From: an uncultured virus (IMG/VR IMGVR_UViG_3300042386_000493)
Lineage: Duplodnaviria; Heunggongvirae; Uroviricota; Caudoviricetes
Reading direction: 5' to 3' (one strand)
Length of the DNA stretch: 64,000 bases
IMG/VR virus record: IMGVR_UViG_3300042386_000493
A program made the translations under genes and the position numbers. Below the pieces are notes generated by a model. That model searched no databases and had not been told where the DNA came from. It was given only the letters and a program-made list of their open reading frames with translations. Below are positions 48,899 to 58,597 of the stretch, in pieces. Each line of letters begins with the position of its first letter. Position 1 is the stretch's first letter.

Positions 48899-49927
48899 TT
48901 ATTCCTCCAAGCCTTTAGCATTTTTTAACGCTTCAATACGGCTTAGGTAAGTTTCTCCCGTATTCAAGTCCAAACACACCTCGTACACGTCATTCTTTCC
49001 TTGTGCTGGTTTTAGTTGTGGTTGAAACGATAGTATCGCTTGTTTAGTTGGGTCGTAAGTGAACGTATGGGTGTCGGCATCATAGCCAACGTTAGTTCCC
49101 GATACGATACCAACCGCAGTTGCTCTAAAGTCAGACTTAGAAGGAATACGAACTGTTCCCGCTTCTCCAAAGTTTCCTTCACTCAACCATTGTGGAGTAC
49201 CAACAAGTTCGTGTTCATTATACAACACCCAATCTACTACGAAGTCTTGCCCCGACTTGCCAAATGGGAATATCAAGCTACCGAAATTATACTTGGTGAA
49301 ACTCTTTCCGTTTACCAAAACGTCTGCAAACGCTTCTCCGTTCTCTACCTTTAGCGTAGAGAAGATATTAGCTATGTGGGTATTTGTATCTACCTTAACA
49401 CCGTTCCATACCCATCCTAATCCGTTCAACCACTTAATAACATCTCCTTCGGGTGAGCCTAATTTCTCCGCTATTTGAGCTGAATTGTAAGTGCTTTCAA
49501 GAGTAGTTGTTACTCCGTTAGTTCGCATAGAAGTAGTAAACGTTTTAGAACGGATACCGTTGTCGATAGTCATTATGAACTTATCGCCAATATCCAATCG
49601 CATCTTAGTTCCATCTCCCTTTACGAAAATAAAAGCATCTCCGTCTTTACCGTCATACGAGTAACCGTAATCTAGTGTGTAAAAGGCAATCATATTGAGA
49701 AGCCCAATACCAAAGACACCGTTGGAAAATGAATGAGATAGGTTATCCACCCATATTTTTTCACTTTTAGTAATGGTTCGGTTAGGAATAGTCGGGTGAG
49801 GAACTTTAGATGTAACTACCTTTGCGGTTACGCGGTTAGTAATTTTATGTTCTTCTTTGTTGGTAATAACCTTATCTATTGCAAGGTCGTACAATTCTTG
49901 TGGAATTTTTAATAGTTCAGCGCTCAT
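48899..49927 (-). CDS. Hypothetical beta-rich protein
   Basis: 342-aa ORF downstream of the tail fibre genes. Confidence 0.7.
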   Translation of the reverse strand: MSAELLKIPQELYDLAIDKVITNKEEHKITNRVTAKVVTSKVPHPTIPNRTITKSEKIWVDNLSHSFSNGVFGIGLLNMIAFYTLDYGYSYDGKDGDAFIFVKGDGTKMRLDIGDKFIMTIDNGIRSKTFTTSMRTNGVTTTLESTYNSAQIAEKLGSPEGDVIKWLNGLGWVWNGVKVDTNTHIANIFSTLKVENGEAFADVLVNGKSFTKYNFGSLIFPFGKSGQDFVVDWVLYNEHELVGTPQWLSEGNFGEAGTVRIPSKSDFRATAVGIVSGTNVGYDADTHTFTYDPTKQAILSFQPQLKPAQGKNDVYEVCLDLNTGETYLSRIEALKNAKGLEE

Positions 49928-49941
49928 TTTATTTTAAGTAA

Positions 49942-50217
49942 TTAAATTTCATTTGGTGGTATTTCCAAGTCAGGTATAGGCTCTAAAATATCTACACCCT
50001 TTACAATCGCGTTGTACTGTGCAAGGGTAAGGGTCGTGGTGTCTTCCGTCCCTACAAAGGTTTTAGAGTAGATTAAGTACATCTGCTGTTGTACTATCAA
50101 CTTAGTGTCTTGCAAACTTGCGGCATAGTCAACGTCCTCACATTTTTGAGTGATGGATATAACCGCTTTCTTAGAGTCGTCGTCGTTAAACGTATATGTG
50201 TATTTGTAGTATATCAT
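49942..50217 (-). CDS. Small protein after the tail fibre (possible fibre chaperone)
   Basis: ATGA overlap with the fibre gene. Confidence 0.55.
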   Translation of the reverse strand: MIYYKYTYTFNDDDSKKAVISITQKCEDVDYAASLQDTKLIVQQQMYLIYSKTFVGTEDTTTLTLAQYNAIVKGVDILEPIPDLEIPPNEI

Positions 50218-52508
50218 CGTATTAAATTAAAAGATTCGCCACACCAATCAACTGATGCAGTCCTAAAGTTTGAAGTTCCTACTGTACCTGCCAATCTATA
50301 AAATGGAAGCCCTCCATAGTTACCCGTAACTCTTGTGAATCTATATGCAAATGAGTAGGTTATACCGTCTGTTGAATAGAAGAAAATAGCATCACCGTTT
50401 GTAGATGTACTAAATATTCCTAGATAAATATAAGTATTGGCGGTAATGGGAACGGAGGTTGTTGTTAGTATAGTTAAAGCACCTACCGAATTTGTAATTC
50501 TGATATTCCAGAAAGCAGGAGTCACACCACCTGATGCAAATGTTGGCATCTCCCACATTAAACCAAATTGCCCTCCCGATACTAAAGACGATGCACAATT
50601 CAATCCAGCATTAAAATTAAAATCTTGTGCTGCTGTTGGCAGTGTGACAATTTTTGTTTTTGTTACCCATAGTTGAGGGCATAAACCATTAACACCAAAT
50701 ATCGAACTTGCTCCAGTTCTTCTATAATCTACACTTGCATATAAAAATCCAGTAGCTGTTGTCCCTGCTGTAAGTAGCATTACGCCCCAAGCAGTTGATG
50801 TGTCTCCACTAGAAAGTAAACCCGCACCTGTACTTCCCGCTCCCACTACTCCATAAAACATTTTAGTTGCCTGAGAACCTGCGGTTGGGTTGAGATTTTC
50901 AAAGTCATCATAGAAATCAAAGCCGCCTTGATTTGGGTGGGTGTTAAATTGAGCCCATCTTGTTCCCGTGTAGAGAAATGTTATCTCTCTTTCAGGCATT
51001 AAGAAGTAAGGAGACTTTTGAGCCAACTTAAATCTATTAGCGGCGGTAGACGTGGTAGCTTCATTCTCAATAATAACAAGATTATTTGTTGAACTATTTA
51101 CTATTGTAACTATCTTACCCGCCGACGGATTTGCTAGTCCACCTATACTTATAATATTGTTTGTGTTGTTCGGGGTAAAATCAATAACTTTAATTGTACT
51201 TGCCGACCAACCAGTCGGAGACCAATTGTCCTCCCGCGCATTAGTGCTTGTTACTGAAATTAAAGACAAATTAACGTTGGGTACATCCTCGTTTGACCAC
51301 ACCCCAACCACCGAGTCATACAAAAGAGTTTGACCCGTTGACGGGGACGATATAAGGACATTATGAAGTTCGTCTAACTCATAGCCGTTGTCTACCTTTA
51401 CAAATATTTTTCCGTGAATTGCGTGGGCGTACTCCACGTACCCCACAATGACAGAGTGCTGCGGCGCCGTCGGCTTAACGTTGGTGATGGCGCCAGCCGT
51501 TGTTGGAGAAAGATAAAGAACTTGACCGTCCACCCAAGTCTCTCCCTGTAAAGAGCCCGTGGTGTTGATTTCTTTTACCTGCCCCAACACGGTAATAAAA
51601 CCTTCTTGATTTCCAAGGATAGTCTCGGTAACTATACCAAGAGTACCCGCCGAGTTAGCGTCGTTATTCCCCTGTGCAAGCCTAACCGATAGTCTTTGAC
51701 CCGTGGCGCCAGTAACTAGCACCACTTGATAATTAGCTTCTAATAAATCTATGAGCGGGGTCGTCTTGTTGACCACCCTTGCCACTTGCTCTTGTCCAAT
51801 TTGAAGCGTCACGTTGTTACCCTTCAACCTCAAATCCATCGTGCCGTCGGTATCGTTCCATCGCATTCTACCCACTTGTAAGGCGTTAGTAGGGGTTAGG
51901 TCGGCTTGAAAAAAATCTGACGTGATACCGTGAGTACCCAAGTCAACATCACCCGTTGCGCCCGTATAAGGCACAAAACTTCCACCTCCACCGCCAATTT
52001 GAACATAAGCCGCGCCGTCCCATAAGAACAAAGCGGGAGTAGCCATATCAACGTACAACGTTTCTACAATTCCAGTTGCGGGAAAACTTGCCTCGTCCGC
52101 ATACCACAAAATACTATCCGTACTCGTATTGCAACAACCAACAAAAATATTACCCACCAAATACTCATACGCATCTCTCACCTTGGTGAGATAAGTATTC
52201 ATATCGTAGTCAGGTTGAGTTAGTGCCGTATAAGGTTTGCCGTCAATATCCGTCAAGCCTATTACCGTAAACTTGTAGAACGAACTATTAAATCCCATTG
52301 GAGTATTAGACGCCCCGCTTTGGTTAGGTACGCTCGTCCCTCCACCATCTTGTATTACATAAATATACCCTCCGCTATACTGCATTTGTATTTGGGAGGT
52401 TTCGCTTAGACCTAATACACAAACACCGTCGGCATCAAAAAATAACACACGACCTTTTGCCGATTTGCTAATAGTAGCTATATCCGATTCTAGTTGCTGG
52501 AAGTACAT
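50214..52508 (-). CDS. Tail fibre/receptor-binding protein
   Basis: VPYTGATGDVDLG, LYLSPTTAG, NGYELDELHNV modules; Gly/Thr-rich; lectin-like C-terminus. Confidence 0.75.
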   Translation of the reverse strand: MYFQQLESDIATISKSAKGRVLFFDADGVCVLGLSETSQIQMQYSGGYIYVIQDGGGTSVPNQSGASNTPMGFNSSFYKFTVIGLTDIDGKPYTALTQPDYDMNTYLTKVRDAYEYLVGNIFVGCCNTSTDSILWYADEASFPATGIVETLYVDMATPALFLWDGAAYVQIGGGGGSFVPYTGATGDVDLGTHGITSDFFQADLTPTNALQVGRMRWNDTDGTMDLRLKGNNVTLQIGQEQVARVVNKTTPLIDLLEANYQVVLVTGATGQRLSVRLAQGNNDANSAGTLGIVTETILGNQEGFITVLGQVKEINTTGSLQGETWVDGQVLYLSPTTAGAITNVKPTAPQHSVIVGYVEYAHAIHGKIFVKVDNGYELDELHNVLISSPSTGQTLLYDSVVGVWSNEDVPNVNLSLISVTSTNAREDNWSPTGWSASTIKVIDFTPNNTNNIISIGGLANPSAGKIVTIVNSSTNNLVIIENEATTSTAANRFKLAQKSPYFLMPEREITFLYTGTRWAQFNTHPNQGGFDFYDDFENLNPTAGSQATKMFYGVVGAGSTGAGLLSSGDTSTAWGVMLLTAGTTATGFLYASVDYRRTGASSIFGVNGLCPQLWVTKTKIVTLPTAAQDFNFNAGLNCASSLVSGGQFGLMWEMPTFASGGVTPAFWNIRITNSVGALTILTTTSVPITANTYIYLGIFSTSTNGDAIFFYSTDGITYSFAYRFTRVTGNYGGLPFYRLAGTVGTSNFRTASVDWCGESFNLIR

Positions 52509-52512
52509 TTAG

Positions 52513-52520
52513 CAAATTTA
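52513..52520 (-). promoter_or_regulatory. -7 element TAAATTTG, 4 nt before ATG (probably leaderless)
   Basis: TAAATTTG-CTAA-ATG. Confidence 0.6.
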
Positions 52521-52572
52521 ACAAAAAAAGGGTAGCAACCGCCACCCTCTTTCATTATTATTTTACTAATTA

Positions 52573-53502
52573 TCAGTTCAAATACGACTTCAAAGTAGTT
52601 TCTTCGTTTGGTTGTGAGATAAGCCAATCAACTAAATGAGTGCGCTTTTCCCCCGCGTTATCTCCCGTAGCCAATACAAGCGTTCTTTCTTCGTTGTTTA
52701 CCGAAGTAATCCACCACCCGTCTTTCTCTTTCAAAACCTTAGCTTTAACCAAGTCTTTTACTAGATTAATTAAGTCGTCAATCTTGTTTGAGCCATCACG
52801 AGCCGACAATGCTTCAATATTATTCTTAGCGTGTTCGTAGCGTTCACGGAACTTATGAGCGTTTGTTTCAGAAGCGTAGTCATAAAGAGTTACGCGGTCA
52901 TCTTCCTCTACTCCGATTGATGTCATACTCAATGCGTTGAACATTGATAAAATCCACTTGTAATCCTTACGAGTTCCTTCTACCAATAGTTCGTTAGCAA
53001 ACGTAGCTTTCATTGAAATATCACTTGCCTTAGCTTTCGCTTTAACTGCTGGTATTTCAAATTGGTATCTTGCGCCTTCACGCTTTTGTTTACCGTTTGT
53101 AAACTCGTTAGAGTAGTAATATAGGAAGATAATCTTTTCTAAGTCTACCGTGCCGTCAATTACCATATCATCCTTTAATTCAAACCTACGGAGGTTATTG
53201 AATAGGTAGTTACCCGCCTTATCCGTTGAAGGAGGAGTCTTAGTATAAACTACCTCTTTTCTAATACCGTCTTTAGGGTCTATAAACATAACCTTTGGGC
53301 TAGTCAAAGAAGGAGGGGTAGTGATACGGAAGTTGCGGACGGCGGTATCCGTTTGATTTGGAATAAATACGGGAGCAAACCTAACTATTGAGTTAGATAG
53401 CTTAATTCGAACACCATTAGTTTGGAAGTTAGGGAACAATCCCTCTAACTCCGCAATTTCGGTTTTGAAATCCGTTTTGCGTTTTTCTTCAATGTAAATC
53501 AT
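52573..53502 (-). CDS. Conserved virion protein downstream of the major capsid protein
   Basis: 309 aa; syntenic with the crAss-like post-MCP gene; promoter TATCTTTG at 53527-53534. Confidence 0.6.
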   Translation of the reverse strand: MIYIEEKRKTDFKTEIAELEGLFPNFQTNGVRIKLSNSIVRFAPVFIPNQTDTAVRNFRITTPPSLTSPKVMFIDPKDGIRKEVVYTKTPPSTDKAGNYLFNNLRRFELKDDMVIDGTVDLEKIIFLYYYSNEFTNGKQKREGARYQFEIPAVKAKAKASDISMKATFANELLVEGTRKDYKWILSMFNALSMTSIGVEEDDRVTLYDYASETNAHKFRERYEHAKNNIEALSARDGSNKIDDLINLVKDLVKAKVLKEKDGWWITSVNNEERTLVLATGDNAGEKRTHLVDWLISQPNEETTLKSYLN

Positions 53503-53553
53503 TTCTTTTGAGTTTTATTTATATGACAAAGATAAGCAAAGTTACATTAAAAC

Positions 53554-53585
53554 AAAAAAGCTACCCCCGAAAGAGTAGCTTTTTT
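53554..53585 (-). terminator. Terminator after the major capsid gene
   Basis: AAAAAAGCTAC...GTAGCTTTTTT. Confidence 0.75.
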
Positions 53586-53601
53586 AATATAGTTGGTTAG
53601 T

Positions 53602-54990
53602 TTATGACAATGATGCGTTGTAGAAGTATCCACATTGCTTGATTGCAAAGAAGTCAAGACCGAAGTGCGTCAAGTAGTTAGTCACACGGTTGTCAATGTC
53701 ATTGGTTGGTGTTGGTGCATTCGCTCCAGTCTCCCAAATCTTGAACATACGTGATTGACCGTTGTCGCCGTTTTCCGCGTAAGTCAACTCCATATTTCTA
53801 CGCATTACACCCGTTGGGTCAGTCGCTTTACCCGAAGGCATAAAGTATGCAGTAGAACAGAATTGGTTGAACTCGTGGTCAAGACCGAACAATTCAGGGT
53901 CGTATGATACGTCGAACAAACGAAGGTTGAACGTCATACCCTCTAGTGTCAATGTTTGGTAGTCAAACGTTGCCATCAAGCCTTCACTCGCTTCACCCGC
54001 ACCGAAAATCATTTCAGCAGAGTGACGACGAACCGCCTCAATGTTAGCGTTCTTAGTATAATCAAACAAAGCAGTTTGAAGTGGACGGTTCACGTTACGT
54101 GTCAACCAACCCATATAGTTGTTTGGAACAGCATTTGGCTTCAATACGTCAATCAAGTCCTTCATTGTGTCCAAATCAACACCCGCTTGAATGTCAATAG
54201 AGTTTGCTCTTGTTGCAAAGGTATCCATCATACCGCCCGTAGTTTGTGTAACTCCAGACGCAGTTGATTCTTTACCCAAGATAAGCTGACCCATTGATTG
54301 CTTCAAGTGACGGAACTCCGCTTGTGTGCGTTGAACACCACCCCAATTACCAACTACGTTTCCTAGTTCGTCAGTTTCAGGGTATAGTTTATCAACCGCA
54401 GCATCACCCGTAATCAAAGCAGATGTTTTTAGCTTTTGAAGTTTGAAAGAGTATTTAGTCCAAAAACTTGACTTAGCGTCGGGCTGACCCGTGTTTTCGC
54501 CATAAGCGTTGGTGTAAATACCGAATTTCTTACCCGCAGTTGGAACGGTAGCGGTTTGACCGTTAATCTCTTTCGCTTTAAAAGTGAAGTCAGTACCGTC
54601 GTCGGTTTTTGAATAAACTTCATAACGCTTGAAAGTTACAGGGTCAATAATGAAATCACCTTCGTTCAAGTAGCAAGTACGAATACTTCCTACCACTTCG
54701 ATTTGTGAAGTAGCAATCTTGAAGCCAAGTTCACTTCCCGCCGTACCCGCGTTTGCTTTAACCTCGATATAAGTATCGTAACGGTCTTCTTCAAAGTGGA
54801 AACCACCTTGTGCGTTACGGATTGCGCGAGTCGCTTGCATTCTCTTCAATAGAAGGAACTCTTTAGCGAATTGGTCGCCATACTGATTGAACAGTTTTGT
54901 TTGAAAGTCAGGACGTACAAAGTCGGAAGCCGCTAAGATTCCCGATTGAGCGTACCCTGCTGTATTTGGTGCTACACTATTTGGTTGCAT
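53602..54990 (-). CDS. Major capsid protein (crAss-like)
   Basis: 462 aa; follows portal and scaffold; strong terminator; YGENTGQP, ITGD, TGANAPTPTN motifs. Confidence 0.8.
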   Translation of the reverse strand: MQPNSVAPNTAGYAQSGILAASDFVRPDFQTKLFNQYGDQFAKEFLLLKRMQATRAIRNAQGGFHFEEDRYDTYIEVKANAGTAGSELGFKIATSQIEVVGSIRTCYLNEGDFIIDPVTFKRYEVYSKTDDGTDFTFKAKEINGQTATVPTAGKKFGIYTNAYGENTGQPDAKSSFWTKYSFKLQKLKTSALITGDAAVDKLYPETDELGNVVGNWGGVQRTQAEFRHLKQSMGQLILGKESTASGVTQTTGGMMDTFATRANSIDIQAGVDLDTMKDLIDVLKPNAVPNNYMGWLTRNVNRPLQTALFDYTKNANIEAVRRHSAEMIFGAGEASEGLMATFDYQTLTLEGMTFNLRLFDVSYDPELFGLDHEFNQFCSTAYFMPSGKATDPTGVMRRNMELTYAENGDNGQSRMFKIWETGANAPTPTNDIDNRVTNYLTHFGLDFFAIKQCGYFYNASLS

Positions 54991-55015
54991 TTTTTAATTT
55001 TTTTATTGGTTAGAA

Positions 55016-56167
55016 TTACTTACCAAAGCTATTCAAGAACTCCTCGGCTGGGCTTACTACTTTGTCAACGGGTTTAGTTGGAGCGGGTCTATCCGTGATA
55101 GGGGCGAGATTATGCTTTTCAGCTATAATGCGTTCTCGTATCTTCCCCTCTGCCGCTTTGATACCTTCAACTACAAAAGCCTCAATCTTGCTATTCCGCA
55201 AGGACGACTCTATCGCTGAACGCACGGCTTGGATTCCCTTTTCATCGGGATTCGCCATTCCTAATACTCCGACACTTTTAAGATTTTCAAGTGCTGACGA
55301 TACTTCTTGTTCGCTAACCGCGAGTGTAATCGGTATCTTGCCAACTCCTTCAACCTTAGTGTCAACTTCCATAGTTACTGCCTTTACTGAACTCTTCACA
55401 CTAGGTAGTTGTTGCTCCCATTGTGCGTCCCTTTCAGAAGTCAACCTTTGTTGCTCTTGGGCTTGGTTTTGCAAAGTTAGGAAAAAGTTGTCATTTCCTA
55501 CAAATTCTTCTTTCTTTTTTTCTATGTTGTTCAATGCTTTAACACCATCGACTTGAAGTGATACAGGAAGTTCATATCCTTCTTCACCATATTCACTCAA
55601 ATCTACCCCGTTTTTGTTAGCCACATAGGTTCTTAACTTGTCTAATCCTATCTTAGCTAATTCAGGGTCGCTAATAGCTTCATTTAGCACGAGGGCTTGT
55701 AGCGGGTCTTTGCTCAACTGCTCTTTTGTTGTCGATAAAACTTGTTGTGCAAGGTTAAAGTCATTGATGCCCGTCTTAGCAATAAAGTTGTTGATTTGCA
55801 TAATCGTTTCATTAGCAAATGGATTCCTTACGTGTTCTAGGGCGGACGATTCTTGCTTTAATGTGTTGTAATCCGATTCAAGAGTATTGTACTTATCTAG
55901 TCTTTGTCTCAACTCATCCTCACTTGTTACACCAAACTTTGAAAAGTCATAAGACTGTGTTGGTTCGGGAGTATGAGCTGGTTCTCCGTTTGTCGGCGCA
56001 ATAGGTTCGGGCGTTGGCGTAGGAGCTGGTTCGGCTGACGGTGTAGGTTCGTTTTGAGGTGACGGGTTCTCTTGTAGATACTGCGCTCTCATATCGTCCT
56101 CACTACCGCTTGGGTTGCGTTGTGCAAAGTCCATTGCGTACTCTGCGGGAATTGTTACATTTTCCAT
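55016..56167 (-). CDS. Scaffolding-like protein
   Basis: Pro/Glu-rich N-terminus, acidic and helical; between portal and MCP. Confidence 0.65.
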   Translation of the reverse strand: MENVTIPAEYAMDFAQRNPSGSEDDMRAQYLQENPSPQNEPTPSAEPAPTPTPEPIAPTNGEPAHTPEPTQSYDFSKFGVTSEDELRQRLDKYNTLESDYNTLKQESSALEHVRNPFANETIMQINNFIAKTGINDFNLAQQVLSTTKEQLSKDPLQALVLNEAISDPELAKIGLDKLRTYVANKNGVDLSEYGEEGYELPVSLQVDGVKALNNIEKKKEEFVGNDNFFLTLQNQAQEQQRLTSERDAQWEQQLPSVKSSVKAVTMEVDTKVEGVGKIPITLAVSEQEVSSALENLKSVGVLGMANPDEKGIQAVRSAIESSLRNSKIEAFVVEGIKAAEGKIRERIIAEKHNLAPITDRPAPTKPVDKVVSPAEEFLNSFGK

Positions 56168-56189
56168 TTATTTTTTGTTTTTATTTGTT

Positions 56190-58532
56190 TTAAATTTTAC
56201 CCGTTATCTCAAGACCTTGCATAGCTTGTAGGCTACCCTCCAAAGTCATTGTTTCTAAGTCAGCGTTCTTTTGCGCTTCAATCTTCATCAAGTCCGCTTC
56301 TAGTTGCGCCCCAATCTTAGCCGTATCTTCCCCTAGTTTAAGTTGAGATACCACTTGCATTTGTTGAGTTTTCATTTGCTCCGCCGCTTGTGCTGATTTA
56401 ATTTGATTTTCCGCGTTAATAGCGCTCATTCGCTCTTGGTTCGCTTGAATTTGTTTAGCTACTCTTTCCTCACTTATAATGATGAACTTTTGAGCCAACT
56501 CGTCGTAACCATCTTCTAGCAATCTTTCCACAAACATAGCATCCGCACTTGTCACGCCCACTTGTCCGTTCTTACCTGCTTTCAATGACTCCGCAAGAAT
56601 ACCCATTATATAAGCCTTTCTTTGAGCCGTAGTTGTTGACTTTAACTTGATACCGATAGATTCCAAGCTAAGTGTTTCTATGCTATCTACCGCCGCGAAG
56701 AACATATCTCCAAGAATGCCTTTGTAGTATTTTTTACACTTAGGGTCTCCCGCGATATTAACGCGAACCTTTTGTATCATCTTCTTTGCCGCTTTCTCTT
56801 TCATTCGCATTATTGCAAATCTCAAAGCGTTCAAAGCATTATTGGTAGTGTCAATCTCCATTTGAGCCACACCCTTCAACTTCTCCGCACTAGCCATTGG
56901 CGTTGCTACCGCCGCATCCGTCAATCCCGCCACTCTTTGCATTGTAGCTTCAATATGAACTTGGTAGGTTAACCATTCATCTAATTGCGTACCGATACCG
57001 TTTTGAAGTTCCGTAATGGCACTAGCGTTGTTGTAACGTTGCCCTACCTCATACCTAGACGCAAAGAATTGGTTACCCGTTTCTCTACGTACCCTTGCGA
57101 TTTCTAAAGCCGTGCTTTTTCCTAATCCAAAGTCTACGTTACTCAAAATACCCACGTCAATAGCCAAACCCTTAGGGGCTGCGGCTAATACTGCGGCACG
57201 TAATTTATAAGTAGCCATTGCTTGGTCATCTAATAGAGAAACCCATCTTTCAACCACGCTTCTACCCGCCATTCTTTCGTGGAAGTAACTTAACGTCACC
57301 CCGCCGTCCGAGTCGCGCATCATATTCTTTTGTAGCCCGTAGTCGTAAACGTGAGGCGTATTGATAATCCAATATCCTTCGTAAATTACTTGCTCGTAGA
57401 ACGTATCTGTTTTTCTTTCACGACCATCCGCGTAAGATTTCTTTACTCTATCCTCTTGCTTGTAAACGTAATTACCGTTACTTGCTTTTCTGCCCACAAA
57501 GTGTTTTTGGTCGTCACTCTTATACTCAAAGTGCATAACGTCAATCAAGAAGTCATACCATAGGTAACGAGAAGTAACAGGGTCGCGGTTTTCCCAATTA
57601 TAAATAGTTGGGTCTGCAATACCATTTGCGGCACTAAACATTCGCGCAATACCTCTTAGTTCATCGTCGCTAATGCTTGGCATTTTTGCCTTAATAACAT
57701 ATAAAGGAACTCTTTGTATATACCCCGCAAATGGAGGGTCTAAATCAGGGTTATTATCGTCGTAAACGGTAACGTAGTAAGCGGGGTTTAAATACTCCAT
57801 TCTTACACTTCCGTCATTATGAGTCTTTACCCTTCCGCAAACAAAAGCCGTTTGCAATCCAGCGTCTAACATTTTATCTCGAACCTTTGACCAGTCGGAA
57901 ATATCAAATCCGTGTTCGGCTATCATTGAGAGTGCGGTTTCTAGTGGTAATCTAAAACCGTTAATGTTTTCGTATAGTTCTAACTCCGCTTTCGTTTGTG
58001 GGGCAAAGTCGGGTTCTTGAAAAGGCACACCTAATTCTTTCTTTAGCGGATTGAATAGTTTTGCATCCACATACATTTTCCACTTCTTTACGTTCTTCTC
58101 TTTAATAGAGGCGTAGCTATTAGAACTAACCACTACTTTATAATCCGATTGCGTAAGAAGTGCTTTAATAGTCGCTAGAAACATTGGTGCGGAACTAACA
58201 ATAGAATTTTGGTCAAACCCAATATTGTTATATCCTTTTCTATGATTCTCTGAATATTGATTGCCGTTACCTGCCGCAGTAGAGTTTTTAGCACTCTCCC
58301 CACGATACTGCTTACGGTATCTATCGGGTGATTGACGACCCTCTGCGTATGCCTTAATAGTATTGAAATAGGATAGGTTGCCGTATGGCTGACCACCCGC
58401 GCCGTATGGGTATGGTGCGGAAAACCAACGCCCATAGATAGCTTGGGCTATTTGCTTACCATACTCTTGCGTTTCTTTTTTATCCCTTGAAACTTCGTCG
58501 CTTGGGAAAGTTGATTGATAGACATTAATCAT
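56190..58532 (-). CDS. Portal protein
   Basis: Start revised to ATG 58532 (the track's TTG lies inside the promoter at 58554-58561); FPSD...YAEGRQS..RY, PKGLAID, ETGN, Q-rich C-terminal barrel. Confidence 0.85.
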   Translation of the reverse strand: MINVYQSTFPSDEVSRDKKETQEYGKQIAQAIYGRWFSAPYPYGAGGQPYGNLSYFNTIKAYAEGRQSPDRYRKQYRGESAKNSTAAGNGNQYSENHRKGYNNIGFDQNSIVSSAPMFLATIKALLTQSDYKVVVSSNSYASIKEKNVKKWKMYVDAKLFNPLKKELGVPFQEPDFAPQTKAELELYENINGFRLPLETALSMIAEHGFDISDWSKVRDKMLDAGLQTAFVCGRVKTHNDGSVRMEYLNPAYYVTVYDDNNPDLDPPFAGYIQRVPLYVIKAKMPSISDDELRGIARMFSAANGIADPTIYNWENRDPVTSRYLWYDFLIDVMHFEYKSDDQKHFVGRKASNGNYVYKQEDRVKKSYADGRERKTDTFYEQVIYEGYWIINTPHVYDYGLQKNMMRDSDGGVTLSYFHERMAGRSVVERWVSLLDDQAMATYKLRAAVLAAAPKGLAIDVGILSNVDFGLGKSTALEIARVRRETGNQFFASRYEVGQRYNNASAITELQNGIGTQLDEWLTYQVHIEATMQRVAGLTDAAVATPMASAEKLKGVAQMEIDTTNNALNALRFAIMRMKEKAAKKMIQKVRVNIAGDPKCKKYYKGILGDMFFAAVDSIETLSLESIGIKLKSTTTAQRKAYIMGILAESLKAGKNGQVGVTSADAMFVERLLEDGYDELAQKFIIISEERVAKQIQANQERMSAINAENQIKSAQAAEQMKTQQMQVVSQLKLGEDTAKIGAQLEADLMKIEAQKNADLETMTLEGSLQAMQGLEITGKI

Positions 58533-58597
58533 TGGGCGTCCAACTATTTTGAGCAAATTTAACGAAAATTTACGTTTGTTGGCAAATTTTTATTATA

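Noticed and set aside
48899..52508. Diversity-generating retroelement or invertase shufflon acting on the tail fibre
   Set aside because: No reverse transcriptase or recombinase, and no template/variable repeat pair was seen
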